A DNA stretch of 64,000 bases, taken from positions 22,692,001 to 22,756,000 of the forward strand of contig NC_043006.1 of assembly GCF_006345805.1 (NCBI RefSeq). Reading direction: 5' to 3'. The notes beneath the pieces were generated by a model. It was not told the origin of the DNA. It worked only from the letters and a program-made list of their open reading frames with translations, and searched no databases. The DNA comes from Octopus sinensis. Its lineage: Eukaryota. Both the position numbers and the translations under genes were made by a program. Of this stretch, positions 50,459 to 64,000 are shown piece by piece (the stretch's first letter is position 1; every line of letters begins with the position of its first letter).

Positions 50459-50829
50459 TATTTTGAAGATAGTACTACCCAGCTTGTAATCAGGAATGGG
50501 CCAAGAAGAAGTAATCTAAACATCGCCTTCCCTACGCCATCTGGCCAGATACGAAAACATTGCATTCCTTGCTCCGCCTGAGCAGCTATCCGCAGTTAGC
50601 AGACTACTCAACCGTGCAGTCGAAATCAAAGGAAAAAGATATTACAGCTAATAGCATGGAACATCCATTCAGTAACGGATAAGGGATACGAGTGTGTTGT
50701 TTTAGTTGCTTGTGGCCAGGCATTGGTCTTGTGCAGTGAGAATCAGTCCTTCCGATTCTGCTTTTAGTCCAGAGTTTTTTTTTTTTTTGGCTATTTTTAG
50801 CTTTTAAATAGGCTCACTCCTCTGTCAAA

Positions 50830-51835
50830 CTTTGCACGGTATTAACCATGGATTGTTTATTCTCTCCATTTCTTCTTTAGTATGTTTTGCAGCTCTATTT
50901 ACATGTTTTTTTGTCTCTTTGACCATTTCTTGTGTTGTCATCTGCGTATAGCTTGTTTCCATTTGTATCTTGTCGCCTCCCTTGTATAGAGAAAAGCGTC
51001 CTATTTTTTTCCTCTTTTCGTGTTGCTTTATAACGTAATAGTCGTCCACTTTTTGTAGTCCAACAGCTGTTATTTTAAAGTTGTTCTCTATCTGTGTCAG
51101 GCCGAGACTTCGTTCTGAGCCGGGTAGATATATTATCCGTCTGCTTTTGGTGACTTGGATGTACCGTTAATAGTTTTCTGGTTTTTCTAAGTTTCTTAAT
51201 TCACTAATCTTCCACTTTATTATGTTGAAGCTGTACTTAGACTGGTAACTCTAGCCTTTTTACCCATATCTTATTTTCAGCGTTGAATTCAGTATTTAAT
51301 TTCAGTCTAACTTTTCTGTAGTATTTTCTCGTGATTTCCTTTCTTTTATGAGTTGTATTTTAACTATTTCGTCTGCTCCTAGATATTCATATAGGCGATT
51401 GTGGTCCAATTTTCTGGTTTCTGTGTCTATGTCGTTTACAATGCTGATTAATTTGCCCCTTCTTTGTCAGTTTAGCACATTTGTCCATTCGCAAGCTCAT
51501 CACGATGTCCTTGCTGAAATTATGGACAATTTTTAGAAAGATTTTTTTTTTGTTCCGTGATAATTTTAGTGAACATTTAAAAGATATCCATGTTTTCGAC
51601 ATGATTTGTTTGTCCATTGCATATATAACCTATGTTGGTTTCGTTTAAGAAGTTTGTAGGGTCAGAGTAAGGCAGAAAAGCAGAGGTGACAATGAGTCTC
51701 CTTGAAAAATTTTTCTTTTTATGGGTGTAGGACCGGTTTTCATAACTTGTGATTGATTTTTCAGTGTTATGCTGGTTTTCCAGTTTGCCATTGCATGGTT
51801 GATAGTGCTGAAGCTACTTTATTTGCACTTTATTC
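50830..51835 (-). mobile_element. Degenerate 5'-truncated R4/Dong-type LINE
   Basis: Minus-strand translation gives IFQGDSLSPLLFCL and YEYLG...YYRKVRL...NTE; begins right after a (TAA)n tract. Confidence 0.75.
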
Positions 51836-51845
51836 ATTGTTGTTG

Positions 51846-51939
<94 letters not shown>

Positions 51940-52748
51940 AGCGGCGAATTGGCAGAAACGTTAGCACGCCGGCCGAAATGCGTAGCCGTATTTCGTCTGC
52001 CGTTAAGTTCTGAGTTCAAATTCGGCCGAGGTCGACTTTGCCTTTCATCCTTTCGGGGTCGATAAATTAAGTACCTGTTACGCACTGGGATCGATATAAT
52101 CGACTTCATCCGTTTGTCTGTCCTTGTTTGTCCTCTCTGTGTTTAGCCCCTTGTGGGTAGTAAAGAAATAGGTATTTCGTCTGCCGTTAAGTTCTGAGTT
52201 CAAATTCCGTCGAGGTCGACTTTGCCTTTCATCCTTTAGGGGTCGATAAATTAAGTACCTGTTACGCACTTGGATCGATAAAATCGACTTCGTCCGTTTG
52301 TCTGTCCTTGTTTGTCCTCTCTGTGTTTAGCCCCTTGTGGATAATAAAGAAATAGGTATTTCGTCTGCCGCTACGTTCTGAGTTCAAATTCGGCCGAGGT
52401 CGACTTTGCCTTTCATCCTTTCGGGGTCGATTAAATAAGTACCAGTTAGGCACTGGGGTCGATATAATCGACTTAATACCTATGTCTGTCCTTGTTTAGC
52501 CCCTTGTGGGCAATAAAGAAATAGGTATTTCATTTGTCGCTACGTTCTGAGTTCAAATTCCGTCGAGGTCGACTTCGCTTTCATTCTTTCGCGGTCGATA
52601 AATTAAGTACCAGTTGAGAACTGAGGTCGATGTGATCGACTATCCCCTTCCCCAAATTTCAGGCTTTGTGCCTATGGTAGAAAGGTTTATTATTATTATT
52701 AAAATAAAATGAAAGTGAAGTGGATCAGAGTTTTGTATGTATTATAAA

Positions 52749-53259
52749 CTAGCAGTATCGCCCGGCGTTGCTCGGGTTTGTAAGGGAAATAACTATATAA
52801 GTATTTTTAGAGTTACTTCCCTTATAGATGCCAATTCGGGCTTTCTTAGCCATTTCTGTTTTGGTGTCTTCAAGCCATGAAGTCGTTGTTCTAAAAGAAC
52901 GCTGGTCTCCTTGACAACGCTTTACGACGTTGATTTCCTTACACTCCCTTCCCCACAGCTTCACGAGGGAGGGAAGAAGGGGGAGAAGCAAACAGGTGCA
53001 GGTGTGACCATGGACGCCAACTCCGCCGCCATCGACACACGAAAAATTATGCATTAAAATGGAATAAAAAATTATGTTAAATTATTTTTAAAATCGTAGA
53101 CTCATCGTAGACGCGCGCTAATACTCAGACGGGCTCGATATGAATCACGACTATAAGATACCCGAATTTGGTTAAACTGCACCGCAAAATGTGGGAGTAG
53201 TTAGGAATCTAAATCGAAGGGGACAGACACTCACACAACTACAGTTTTATATATATAGA
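52749..53259 (-). mobile_element. Non-autonomous Helitron, cargo-bearing form
   Basis: Same structure as the 48064 copy; TC...CTAG; A|T target. Confidence 0.88.
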
Positions 53260-53591
53260 TAGGTAATAATTGTCATATTATTTTTTTAAAATGCGTCATA
53301 TTAAAACCCATTTTGTATTTGATATTACCACTCAGTGTTGTCCTGTAGTCCTCCCGTACACAGTCTATATCTTATCTTATCTTGCAGACGTATTTCTTTT
53401 GCCAAAAGAAGAAAATTGTAAGTCGTTTAATTTGTTCCAGTGAATTAATTTCCTGCAAGATTCAAGGTCAATTTCTATAAAGGAACAATAGATATAATTA
53501 ACCGTAATATAAATGAATATACAAGAAAGCGCTATCTGATGTGTCTGTCTATTTATATACCTTGTGATTGTTTGGGGCAAGTCTCTTTCCG

Positions 53592-53622
<31 letters not shown>

Positions 53623-54272
53623 ATCTATCTATCTATCTATCTATCTATCGATCGATCGAGCTGGCAGAGACGTTAGCGCGCCGGGCGAAATGCTTAGCGG
53701 TATTTCGTCTGCCGCTACGTTCTGAATTCAAATTCCGCCGAGGTCGACTTTGCCTTTCATCCTTTCGGGGTCGATTAAATAAGTACCCGTTTGTCTGTCC
53801 TTGCTTGTCCTCTGTGTTTAGCCCCTTGTGGGTAGTAAAGAAATAGGTATTTCGTCTGCCATTACGTTCTGAGTTCAAATTCGGCCGAGGTCGACTTTGC
53901 CTTTCATCCTTTCGGGGTCGATAAATTAAGTACCAGTTAGGCACTGGAGTCGATATAATCGACCGCAGTGGGTTAATGGTTAACGAAGTTAAATTTCGAT
54001 AACGTAAGCACCGTTTTCGAAAAGTTAACTTCGTTAACCATTAACCCATTAACCAAAAAATGAACTTCGATAACTGTTAATCAGTTAATTCTTTAAAAAT
54101 ATTACGGAAGTTATCGATAAACCGTTAACGTTAATTTTTATTATAGAAAAAAAAAACAACAGTTTTTGCTCTAAAAACACCTTTAAAAAAGTGCCCAAAC
54201 TATAAAATCATCCTTTTTAGACCTTTCTAATGGCTTTAGAAACTAAAACGTTTATTTTATTTCATTTATTTA

Positions 54273-54695
54273 CTAGCAGTATAGCCCGGCGTTGCTCGGG
54301 TTTTTTTTTTTTTTAGTTGCGCTTAAAACGGCAGACTTTGATGTCGCGTTAACAAAGTTTTGACATAGTTTCAATCTTTTTTGAAAAGTAAAAAATTTGC
54401 GTTATGTAGCTTGCTATTCTCTTTAAGTGAACATTTCTCTGGTTGAAATACACCGAAAAATGGCTACAGAGCAGTCGAAAAATCGTAAAAAATAGGGATT
54501 TTCATAGAAAATAATTTTGGGTCTTAACATGGTCCGAATTGAATTTTTTATTCTACGGAACGAAGAGCAAGCCTTCTTCTATCATACTCTCGATTTTGGT
54601 CAACTTGCGCCGCCGCAAGGTCTCGGAGGAGATAGTGTTAGTTGAAGGCTACCAAACCTGCCACACACAGAAAACTTCAGCTTTATATGTATAGA
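54273..54695 (-). mobile_element. Non-autonomous Helitron of a different internal type
   Basis: 5' TCTATACATATAAAGC, 3' CCCGAGCAACGCCGGGCTATACTGCTAG, unrelated middle, A|T target. Confidence 0.8.
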
Positions 54696-56739
54696 TTGCT
54701 TTAGAGTGAAAAAAAATGCTGATTTTATAGTTTAAAATTTTAAAAGATCTAAAAAAAAAGGCTGATTTCATAGTTTTGACCCTTTCTTTTTGAGGTTTTT
54801 AAAGGCATTTAGAGCCAGAAAAGAGTGAAAAGAATTCAAATGAAACTCAATATTAGCATTAAATTTTTAAAGTTTATTGATAAAATGGCAGTAAAAAAAA
54901 TAATAGGAAAACCACGATATACATATAATTTACTTTTTTCTCTTCTTGTTCTCTTGTGTTCCACCCTCCTGATCTTAGTATTTATATTGGCCTTTATAGA
55001 AGTAGCCCTTCCAGTTAAGTACCCCTAAGAAACTGTAATATCAAGTACGGATTAACACTGATAACTTTTGGTGGTGGTGACACCCTTCGGTCAGACACAA
55101 GTCTGGGCAAGGTTGTTTTTTTTTTATGGAAGACCAGCAGTCGCCCATGCATACCGGCCTCCCCTCTCCACGTCACCGATGTGGTCCAAGGGAAAGGCAA
55201 GGGCCGATACAGCTTGGCACCTGTGACGTCGCAACTCATTTCTACAGCTGAGTGAACTTTTAAAACCTATATTATACCTTTTAATTTAAAATTGGTATAT
55301 ATGTTATCGTGCAATGCCTGTGCAAGAAGATTTCTTTTAAAGTGAGGAAAGGCTGTGCACTGAGTCAATCCCAGTCACTAAGCAACAGCAGCCATAATCC
55401 GAAAAGAAGAACAAGTCAACATCATCGGTAACCACTGAGCCGCAGTCTTTATGCCGGAGTTATCCAAGTTACCTGAGTTACCTTCTGCTAGAAGGATGCC
55501 CTAACAAAGGCTAGGAGTCTTTCACTCCCAATGGTTTAACCGCGCGATCGGGTATTCAGACCGCGCATGATACAGCATTAAGACATTTATTGGATGGCCA
55601 TTGACTCTCAAGAGTTCCTCCGCCTTTTGACGGGTTTTGTTTTTCATCCCGCAGGGTGTCCAATAAACACCCTCCTCACCAAGCTATACATACTTACATA
55701 CATACATACGTTCGTTTTTTTTTGGGGGGTGGGGTCGTTTTTAACGATGGAACTCGAAGTAGATAAAACTATAACAATAGTTTTAAACAATATTGGATTA
55801 AGAAATCCTTTTAGATGACCGTAATGTGTGTTCGTACGTGCGTGTGTGCAGTACAAGCATTGTATTAGACGCCTTTACGAACCCTTTCCCTTCATTTCAT
55901 TTCGTTGTTGTTGTTGTTATTCTTGTCATTATTGCGGTTATTTCTATTCTTTTATTTGTTTCCGTCATTTGACTGCGGCCATGCTGGAGCACCACCTTTA
56001 GTCGAACAAATCGACCCCAGGACTTATTCTTTGTGAGCCTAGTACTTATCCTGTCGGTGTTTTTTTTTTACCGAACCACTAAGTTACGGGGATGTAAACA
56101 CACCAACATTGGTTGTCAAGCGATGATGGGGGGGGGGCAAACAGACACAAACATACACACACACACACACATACATATATGTAGTGGATCTTGCATGCAT
56201 TAAGTGGGTTCGATCCACCACAGCCAAATTTAAATTAACGCTGCAACAGAACTTTTCCCACGGTGGAACAATGGTTTTTCTCTGACAGCAGTTTTACATT
56301 TTCCAGATGCCTTTAGCTAGGCCGAAATAATGTCTTCACTACTTGACCCTTTTTAACCTCTTCTACTTCATCAAAAGCTAGAATAGAGATAACAAGACCA
56401 CCAACTAAATCTATTGTTCTCCATGATATGTCTATCCTTCTGGATAGCTATAAAAGCAAGCACACCCCAAGCAAAAATCAGTTAGTCACAGTCGGTGACA
56501 ACGAAGTTTGGCTGACCAACAAGTACCTTGGTCAAAGGGAGAAATGAAGTTTACTGTTAGCAACTGTGAGACAACGTCCCACAACCTACAACTCTCACTA
56601 GCTCTAATTCTGCTCTCTTACAACATCATTCTATCTCTCTTTGTAATTACACCTAAACAATGAAGAGAACACAAACACAAAGTTTACTTCGCATGCTTTT
56701 GGATTTATCATAATATTGTTTACTTATCAATTTCTCCCG

Positions 56740-56841
<102 letters not shown>

Positions 56842-58106
56842 ATACGACGGGCTTCTTTCAGTTGCCTTCTACCAAATTCACTCACAAGGCTTTGGTCGGC
56901 CCGAGGTCATAGTAGAAGACACTGGCCTAAGTGCCACGCATTGAGACTGAACTCAGAATTATATGGTTGGGAAGCAAGCTACTTACCACACAGCCGTGCC
57001 TGACGTTTTTTTAATTTTTGTTCGGTGTTATATGTTTTCGTCTTTCTAGGAAATTCTCATGGCAATTTTATGACAGGCTTCGTTAATAAGCTTTTTCTTT
57101 CTTTTATTTATTTTTTCTCATTCTGTTCTTCCTCGAAGTTAGTTTTCTTAAAACAATATTTTTCAGATCGATTATTAAATAATCCCTATTTTCTAAACCT
57201 GAGTGAACCATTGAAAGAGAGAGAGAGGGAATGCGGTCATCCATCGCCCTAATTTTTATCAACGACCTCTGGATCTTTTCATCACCCACTTTAGAGACCA
57301 TTGGTTAAGCAATACGCTGGGGCTCCTGCATACACACTTATAATATACATGGGTTAGCACTGGATCCCTAAACCTGTAACGTTCCAGGTTAACTATTCCA
57401 GTGTGCTCCCCTACCTCATAACAGCAGTATGATTTGAAGTTCCCCTCGTCTCGGAGTTTCTCCCAACATCAAGTGACATACAACAGTTCAAAACAAATTC
57501 TAACTAATTCCACCTCACTCAAAAGGAACCTACATATGTGTGCTTGGTGTACAAGAAATAGCAACCAAATCTTCAAATTGCACCGTGCAATTTTTAATAG
57601 GTTGCAGATAACTAAGTTTCGTGTATATAACTATGACGCGATGGTTACAGCTGAACCGGAACAAACAAGGATGTCTCTATATAATCGCTGAGCCTGCTAA
57701 AAATAGCAGCCAAATCTCTCCAAAAACACTTGCAACTGTCGTCGAAAATGAAAGACACATTGAATAATGTGATCCTAGAAAAATGATCAGTAATGACTAC
57801 AATAGATTAGTGTGTAAAATCAGGGCTGAACTAGGCTAAAAGACAAACATTACTCAATTATATATATTTTGTATAAAAGAAAACTCGGGTAATAAGGGCT
57901 ATGGGTGTACACAACTTTCCCTCGAGGTAGGTTTATGAAGTGAAAACTAAAACCTCCGCAAGATTTGAACTTCGAAATACGAAGAGGATGCTTCCCACCA
58001 AATTAATCAGAAGTACCTGCTATTGAAGGGGAGACAATTCAGTCAGTTTACGTCTTACACACGTGAATAAACAGCACGGAGCAGACCTGCTGGCCACCTT
58101 CCGATC

Positions 58107-58208
58107 ATGAAAGGGCTGGAAAAAATACTAAGAGGAATTATAAAATATCAGCTTACTGATAAGGTTCGGATGAAACTGAGCCCGCAAAATATAATTGAAT
58201 ATCCCACT
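58107..58208 (+). CDS. Probable first coding exon of a beta-class carbonic anhydrase
   Basis: MKGLEKILRGIIKYQLTDKVRMKLSPQNIIEYPT then GTGAGT donor, phase 0. Resembles the invertebrate beta-CA N-terminus (MERILRGIMRY...DHPEP). Inr-like TCAGTC/TCAGTT at 58039-58048. The catalytic CxDxR exon was not found in the window. Confidence 0.6.
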
Positions 58209-60309
58209 GTGAGTATCATTCGTATCGTTGTTGTTTTGTGTTGCTTTCATTATGCGATGTTTTCAAACACAACACTGTGCTTCCACGATAAAATTAGGCT
58301 TTAAAAGCCTCTCAAGTTTTAAATAAAGTAAAGAATATTTCAAGCAGCTTACTATTTTGTCTCAGTTTTTATTTCCAGTCCGATTCTTACTAACATCATC
58401 GTTAGCTTATATGTTTTAGTGATTACACTTAAGCAACGTTTAACCCGGTTGATACATGGATGGGTGCCTGGTTGGAAACCAAAGCGCCGACAAACCAGTG
58501 AGGGAACTTTGAGGTAATCACTCGAATTGCTTGAAATAGTTGTCAAATGTCCATCAAAGCACATTCTACAAACTTTAAAAACATACATTGGATAATGTAG
58601 AATTAGATACACAAGATGCTATGATCATTGTTTGACTGTTTTATTTCATAGGTCTGCTCGATCGAGATCGACTTAGGACTAAACAACAACTAGTGCTGAG
58701 GGAAAACATCGTTGGTATTTACTTAACGCGGCATTGTATAGAATATCAGAGATGTTTATTATGTGTTTAATGTTGCAATTTCTGTTAAATGCAAAGTGAA
58801 TCAATAAAGCCATTGCACATTTTGTGTTTTCAAAACTAACATTGTCAAAAGAAAGCTCTAATCTTGAAAAATCAGGTATATATTATAAGTTAAGGACAAC
58901 ATCAAAATATATTGAAAGTGCACTGCTTAATTCATTCTTGCTAATTACTTGAATGTTGATTTTGTCATAAGAAGGCATAATGATACCTGCGACAGCGGTT
59001 CGGATTTACATCACTCTTTGACCCTACATTGTCCCACTTTCGCCCCACACTGTCCCACTCAAACTGTGTTCCGCTTTGTTAATGGCTCCCGTCTATTTAC
59101 AATGCTACATTCTCATGCCTATGCGTTTCATTGAATGATATTTCGTCCCAGTTTTAATTATAAAATAATTGCTTTGTAAGCATTCCTCTCGTTGAACGGT
59201 TCATGAATTCTTATCCTCCGCTACTATCACCCCTACTATCTTGTATAATATTTTTCGACCTTCAAAAAGTTTTCGTTCCCTTGCATTATAATGTTTCTTC
59301 TCTTTCGTTTTTGTCCTTTCTTCCTGAATAGATTTTTTCCATTTCTTTAAATGACTTTAGTTATTGTCCTTAGGATCCAGTTATTTAACACTAAATCTAA
59401 AAACCTAAACGGCGATCTCTATTCAATTCGTCCTGTAAGCTACGCTATTAGATATATCGGATGTGTGTAAGAAAATGAAAATATCTGTATGTATAATTTG
59501 AAACAATTATATCACAGAGACTTTAAAAATAATTTTATAAAAAATATAATTGTACTTTTATTTGGCATTTCCATTTTTTCTAATGCCTTCTTTTTTTACT
59601 TTACCTTTCCATTTTCTCTCCTCTGCATTTTATTTGCCCATGTGGAATGAATGGATCTGATTCCGTGCTTGTACACATGTCTGTTACTCTAAATTATTAA
59701 TTAACCAACCGACTGCTATAACCTCACAGAAGGTATATACTTTTGGTTACACTAACTGAACATTTTGATCTGGGTTATGCCGAAAGTATGTTACATATAT
59801 GTTATTGTAATTTTAATATGTTTTTTAAACAATCATCTCAAAAGATTATTTTCAATACTCTATAATATAGTGATAATGCTGTACAAGGCTATTTCTTGTC
59901 AGTGCTCTGCATTTTATGCTTCAAATTGTCCTAATGACTTCCAGATAAGGGAGATTAAGTCCCCAATACTAACAGCTGACTTCAGTTTATCTGTGAAATG
60001 GAGCAGGGCTTAATTATGGTATTTCACTGTACAGAATATTCTTAGAGAGAGAAAGTGTGTGTGTGTGTATGTATATGAATGAATGTGTGTGTATGTGTAT
60101 ATACATATTCTTTTACTTCTTTCAGTCATTTGACTGTGGCCATGCTGGAGCACCGCCTTAATGGATTTTTTAGCTGAAGAAATCAACCACAGCATTTATT
60201 CTCTTGGTCCCTTTTGCCGAACTGCTAAGTTACGGGGATGTAAACATGCCAACATATGTTGTCAATTGATGGTGCCAGGACAAACACAGACACAAAAATA
60301 CACACACAT

Positions 60310-60342
<33 letters not shown>

Positions 60343-61238
60343 CACGACGAGCTTCTTTCAGTTACTGTCTACCAAATCCACTTACAAGGTTTTAGTTGGC
60401 TTGAGACTATAGTTGAAAACAGTTGCCCAAGGTACCACACAGTGGGACTGAACCCAGAGCCATTTGGTTGGGAAGCACACTTGCACCTACACACACACAA
60501 AGTTTTTCTGTACATCATCCTGTGATGCATCTGGACACATTATCAATGATGTTTTTGGAATTACTCACACACAATATATGCTACATAGTTGATTGATTTG
60601 ATTTATTCTTTGATTAGATAGCTTTCAATGTTTTCCACTTTGCCCCCAAATGAAGGACTGACCCATCTTGAGCTTATTTTTCAAGAAATACAAGGTGGTT
60701 CTGTAAAGTTGCTGGCTTTAAGGCTATTACGAAAGGCCTGGGCTGAAGGTCCAACCGTTTGAGTTCTTTTACAGGGCTTAGAAAAACTGAAGGAACACTG
60801 TAATAAGTATGCGAATCTGAGAATGGAATATGTTGAGTAAAATCGTAATTAACTGATCCTCCGGTATTTTCTTTTACTCAAAGCTATGAATTTTTCAGTA
60901 CCCACCTCATACACCTGCTGTATCATGGCCAGTGCATAGAAAATTAACAAGTGCCCTTTATTGATTTAAGATTGTTGAACTTCCACTAAGACCTTATCTC
61001 TGTTAGTGTTAAGCATAATAGTTTTGAGTCAATGACCGAGGTTAAAGTGCTGGAATTGATCACATGATCATAAGTTCAAAATATTTTATAGTTATTACTC
61101 TCTCTTTTACTCTTTTACTTGTTTCAGTCATTTGACTGCGGCCATGCTGGAGCACCGCCTTTAATCGAGCAACTCGACACTAAGTGATGGGGATGTAAAC
61201 ACACCAGCATCGATTGTCAAGCAATGCTAGGGGGACAA

Positions 61239-61301
<63 letters not shown>

Positions 61302-62039
61302 TACGACAGGCTTCTTTCAGTTTCCGTCTACCAAATCCACTCACAAGGCATTGGTCGGCCCGGGGCTATAGCAGAAGACACTTGCCCAAGTTGCCATGCA
61401 GTGGGACTGAACCCGGAACCATGTGGTTGGTTAGCAAGCTACTTACCACACAGCCACTCCTGCACTTATTGTGTTATTCTTCCGATGAAGACATATAATT
61501 CTGCTAGCTTCAGTTTGCCTGACTGGCAAAAAGACTGGTTCTACTTCATCGCTGAATGGTTTCTGTAGAAAGAGCATTTAACTTAGATATTAATTCCTCC
61601 GACAAAAATGTCATCTCACTCATGAATGCCCCTTGAATATTGGTAAAGAGTTAACTGTATCATGATAATTTGCACCAGATACCAAAATACTTATTTCTTT
61701 ACTGCCCACAAGGGGCTAAACACAGAGGGGACAAACAAGGACATACAAACGGATTAAGTCGATTACACCGATCCCAGTGCATAACTGGTACTTAATTTAT
61801 CGACCCCGAAAGGATGAAAAGCAAAGTCGACCTCGGCGGAATTTGAACTCAGAATGTAACGGCAGATGAAAAACGGCTACACATTTCGCTCGACATGCAA
61901 AGTTTCTGCCAGCTCGCCACCTTATACCAAAATACTGACATCATGATTGCTGCTCAGTACACTGTGAACACTGTAAAAACGGTAAGATGTGACATGGACA
62001 GCTGCAACAGAGACTACGAAGCCATGGCCGACAGGTGTT

Positions 62040-62620
62040 CTGGTTGCATCTTCATGCTGGAATTCATCCCCACATCTTTGAAGAAGGTCTTAGGCTCAAT
62101 TCAGACAGCAATATGAAGCGGCTGGAGAGTGGTCAATCCCCAGGTTGCTGGCGGAAGGCCATATGTGTGGCAGCAGGATTTGGTTCCCTGTCATACCTGC
62201 TGAAAGAGTCAGAAGTGGTCGTTGGAGAATTTCTACAACTTCACCATCCCCAAATTCTGGCCTCCCTACCTCCCCTAATTGTCATCTCATTGATTACTAA
62301 GTGTGGGGCACAGTTGAGAAAGACACCAACCATTCTGCCTCTAAAACCAAGGCCAAGCTGGTATCCAAGATAAAAAAAAAAAAAAGAAACAGATGTTCAA
62401 AGATCTTCCCAAGGACACAGGGAAGAATACATGTGCCAGATTCTTGGGCTGTCTTGAGGCCATTGGTGGAAGCTGCTAGTGGTTACTTTGAGTAAACTTT
62501 TCCAGTTATAATCTAGTTGATATTTTTTTATCTTTTAAAATACTTTCATTTTTGGATGGGATATTGTGTTTTCTGTTCCTGTTATACAAACTATCCAATT
62601 TATCCTGAACACCCTGTATA
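62040..62620 (+). mobile_element. Decayed Tc1/mariner (DD37D-like) transposase remnant
   Basis: HIFEEGLRLNSD, YVWQQD..PCHT, FWPP...DY.VWGTVE across frames; ends ACCCTGTA-TA. Confidence 0.75.
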
Positions 62621-62861
62621 TGTGGGTGTTACTGTCTTGTTGCCATGGGATCATGTAATAGTTGTAAGCTAGTGTAACTGTCATATCAACAGTGTCCTTT
62701 GTTTCCAGTCATCCATGTCTGGTCTTATGGAATATTGCCTCTTTTGGAAACAGGTTAGGGTTGGCAATAGGAAGGACATCGGGTCATAGAAAATCCACCT
62801 CAACAAAATCTCATTTGTCACTTGCAAGTATGGAAAAGTGGATGTTAAACTGATAGTGTTT

Positions 62862-62892
<31 letters not shown>

Positions 62893-62908
62893 TACATATA
62901 TATATATA

Positions 62909-64000
62909 TCTCTTATTATAAAAGGCAGATTTTATCTGCCTCCCTTTGGGAGTTATACAAATCTACAATATAGGATTTCTTCAATTACAATTTACCTAGC
63001 AATTTTAAGAGTACAATGCATCGCGGCATGCCAGGTCCAGTTTTTAAAATTTAAACTCCATTAAGCAAAATTTACAGAAAACTCACATTCTGGTGTGTGT
63101 GTCAATGCTTTTCTTAGTCTGGTTTACACCACACGCAAACGCACACACACACAAAGGGAGCGAATTGTTTCACTGACGCTATCACCCTTCTCCTCCTTTG
63201 TCTTTGCAAGTTGGCAGCTATTAAAGTGAAAACAGTGAATCCGACAACGATAAAGAAAACGAATTGGTACCTGAATGGAGTGAAAATTTAAAAACTGTTT
63301 CTTTCGGTGAGTTTTCTGAAGAAACTGGACCAAGCCACAGACTTTCCCAGAAGAGTAAAGCCTTAGACTATTCTATTTACTTTTTCGAATGAGCCTATTT
63401 GAAATCATTACGCTAAACGTAAACAAACCGAAAGAAAGGATAGTTTGTTATTTCCCACAATCTTAAATGAAATTAAGGCCTATTTTGCCATAAATATTAT
63501 TATGGGTATCAGAAGTTACCCAGAATAACAAATTCTATTGTAAAATTTTGTTGTATACCCAATTGAATATTAGCTAATAACCCATTTTCTATAGCGATGT
63601 TTGAACAAAATTTTAATAATTTTACAGAAAGTTACCCAGAATAACAAATTCTATCGTAAAATTTTGTTGTATACCCAATTGAATATTAGCTAATAACCCA
63701 TTTTCTATAGCGATGTTGAACAAAATTTTAATAATTTTACAGAAAGTTACCCAGAATAACAAACGAGCCCTTCTGGGTATTAGCGCGCGTCTACGATGAG
63801 TCTAACGATTTAAAAAAAAATTACCATCATATTTTTCCATTTTAATGCATTTTTTTCGCTTTTATAAAGGGAAGTAACTCTCTAAAAATATCTACGATGT
63901 GTCAACGATTTAAAGAAAAATTTACCTTAATTTTTTTTTCAATTTTTAATGCATTTTTTTGCTACTTTTTGGCTATAACTCTCTAAAAATGCTTATATAG
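62909..64000 (+). mobile_element. Chimeric Helitron-like element running off the window
   Basis: 5' TCTCTTATTATAAAAGG; piggyBac-like fragment 63225-63430; ~116-bp tandem repeats 63510-63763; 63764-64000 matches the 3' module of the 43182 copy. Confidence 0.75.

Noticed and set aside
53966-55437. CAGTG-ended hAT-like element spanning the Helitron and a SINE
   Set aside because: Ends match only weakly and there is no TSD.
61981-62030. CDMDS motif as a possible beta-CA catalytic exon
   Set aside because: No AVFF-C-x-D-S-R context or acceptor; adjoins the Tc1 remnant.

Overview
Eukaryotic, AT-rich, repeat-dense genomic DNA. The SINE and microsatellite complement points to an octopus (coleoid cephalopod); this is inferred from remembered repeat families, not from a search. 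Eight phase-compatible exons on the minus strand (47387 down to 6069) spell an XRRA1-like leucine-rich-repeat protein. It has an RFX X-box just upstream of the ATG and a 1.4-kb extra exon carrying a 21-bp/7-aa repeat array rich in R-[KR]-x-S motifs. A probable first coding exon of a beta-class carbonic anhydrase starts on the plus strand at 58107. Almost everything else is mobile DNA: a near-intact Penelope-like element with a minimal hammerhead ribozyme in its pseudo-LTR, a near-intact R4/Dong-type LINE in a (TAA)n tract, RTE, mariner and Tc1 remnants, several MITEs, nine non-autonomous Helitrons and at least four SINE families. The most coherent pattern is nested targeting: SINEs create (TA)n and (TAA)n tracts and GGTA sites that Helitrons, Dong-type LINEs and further SINEs then occupy. 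Several long fold-back hairpins lie in the XRRA1 introns, including a perfect 96-bp-arm palindrome. Family and gene names are recalled homologies and need database confirmation.
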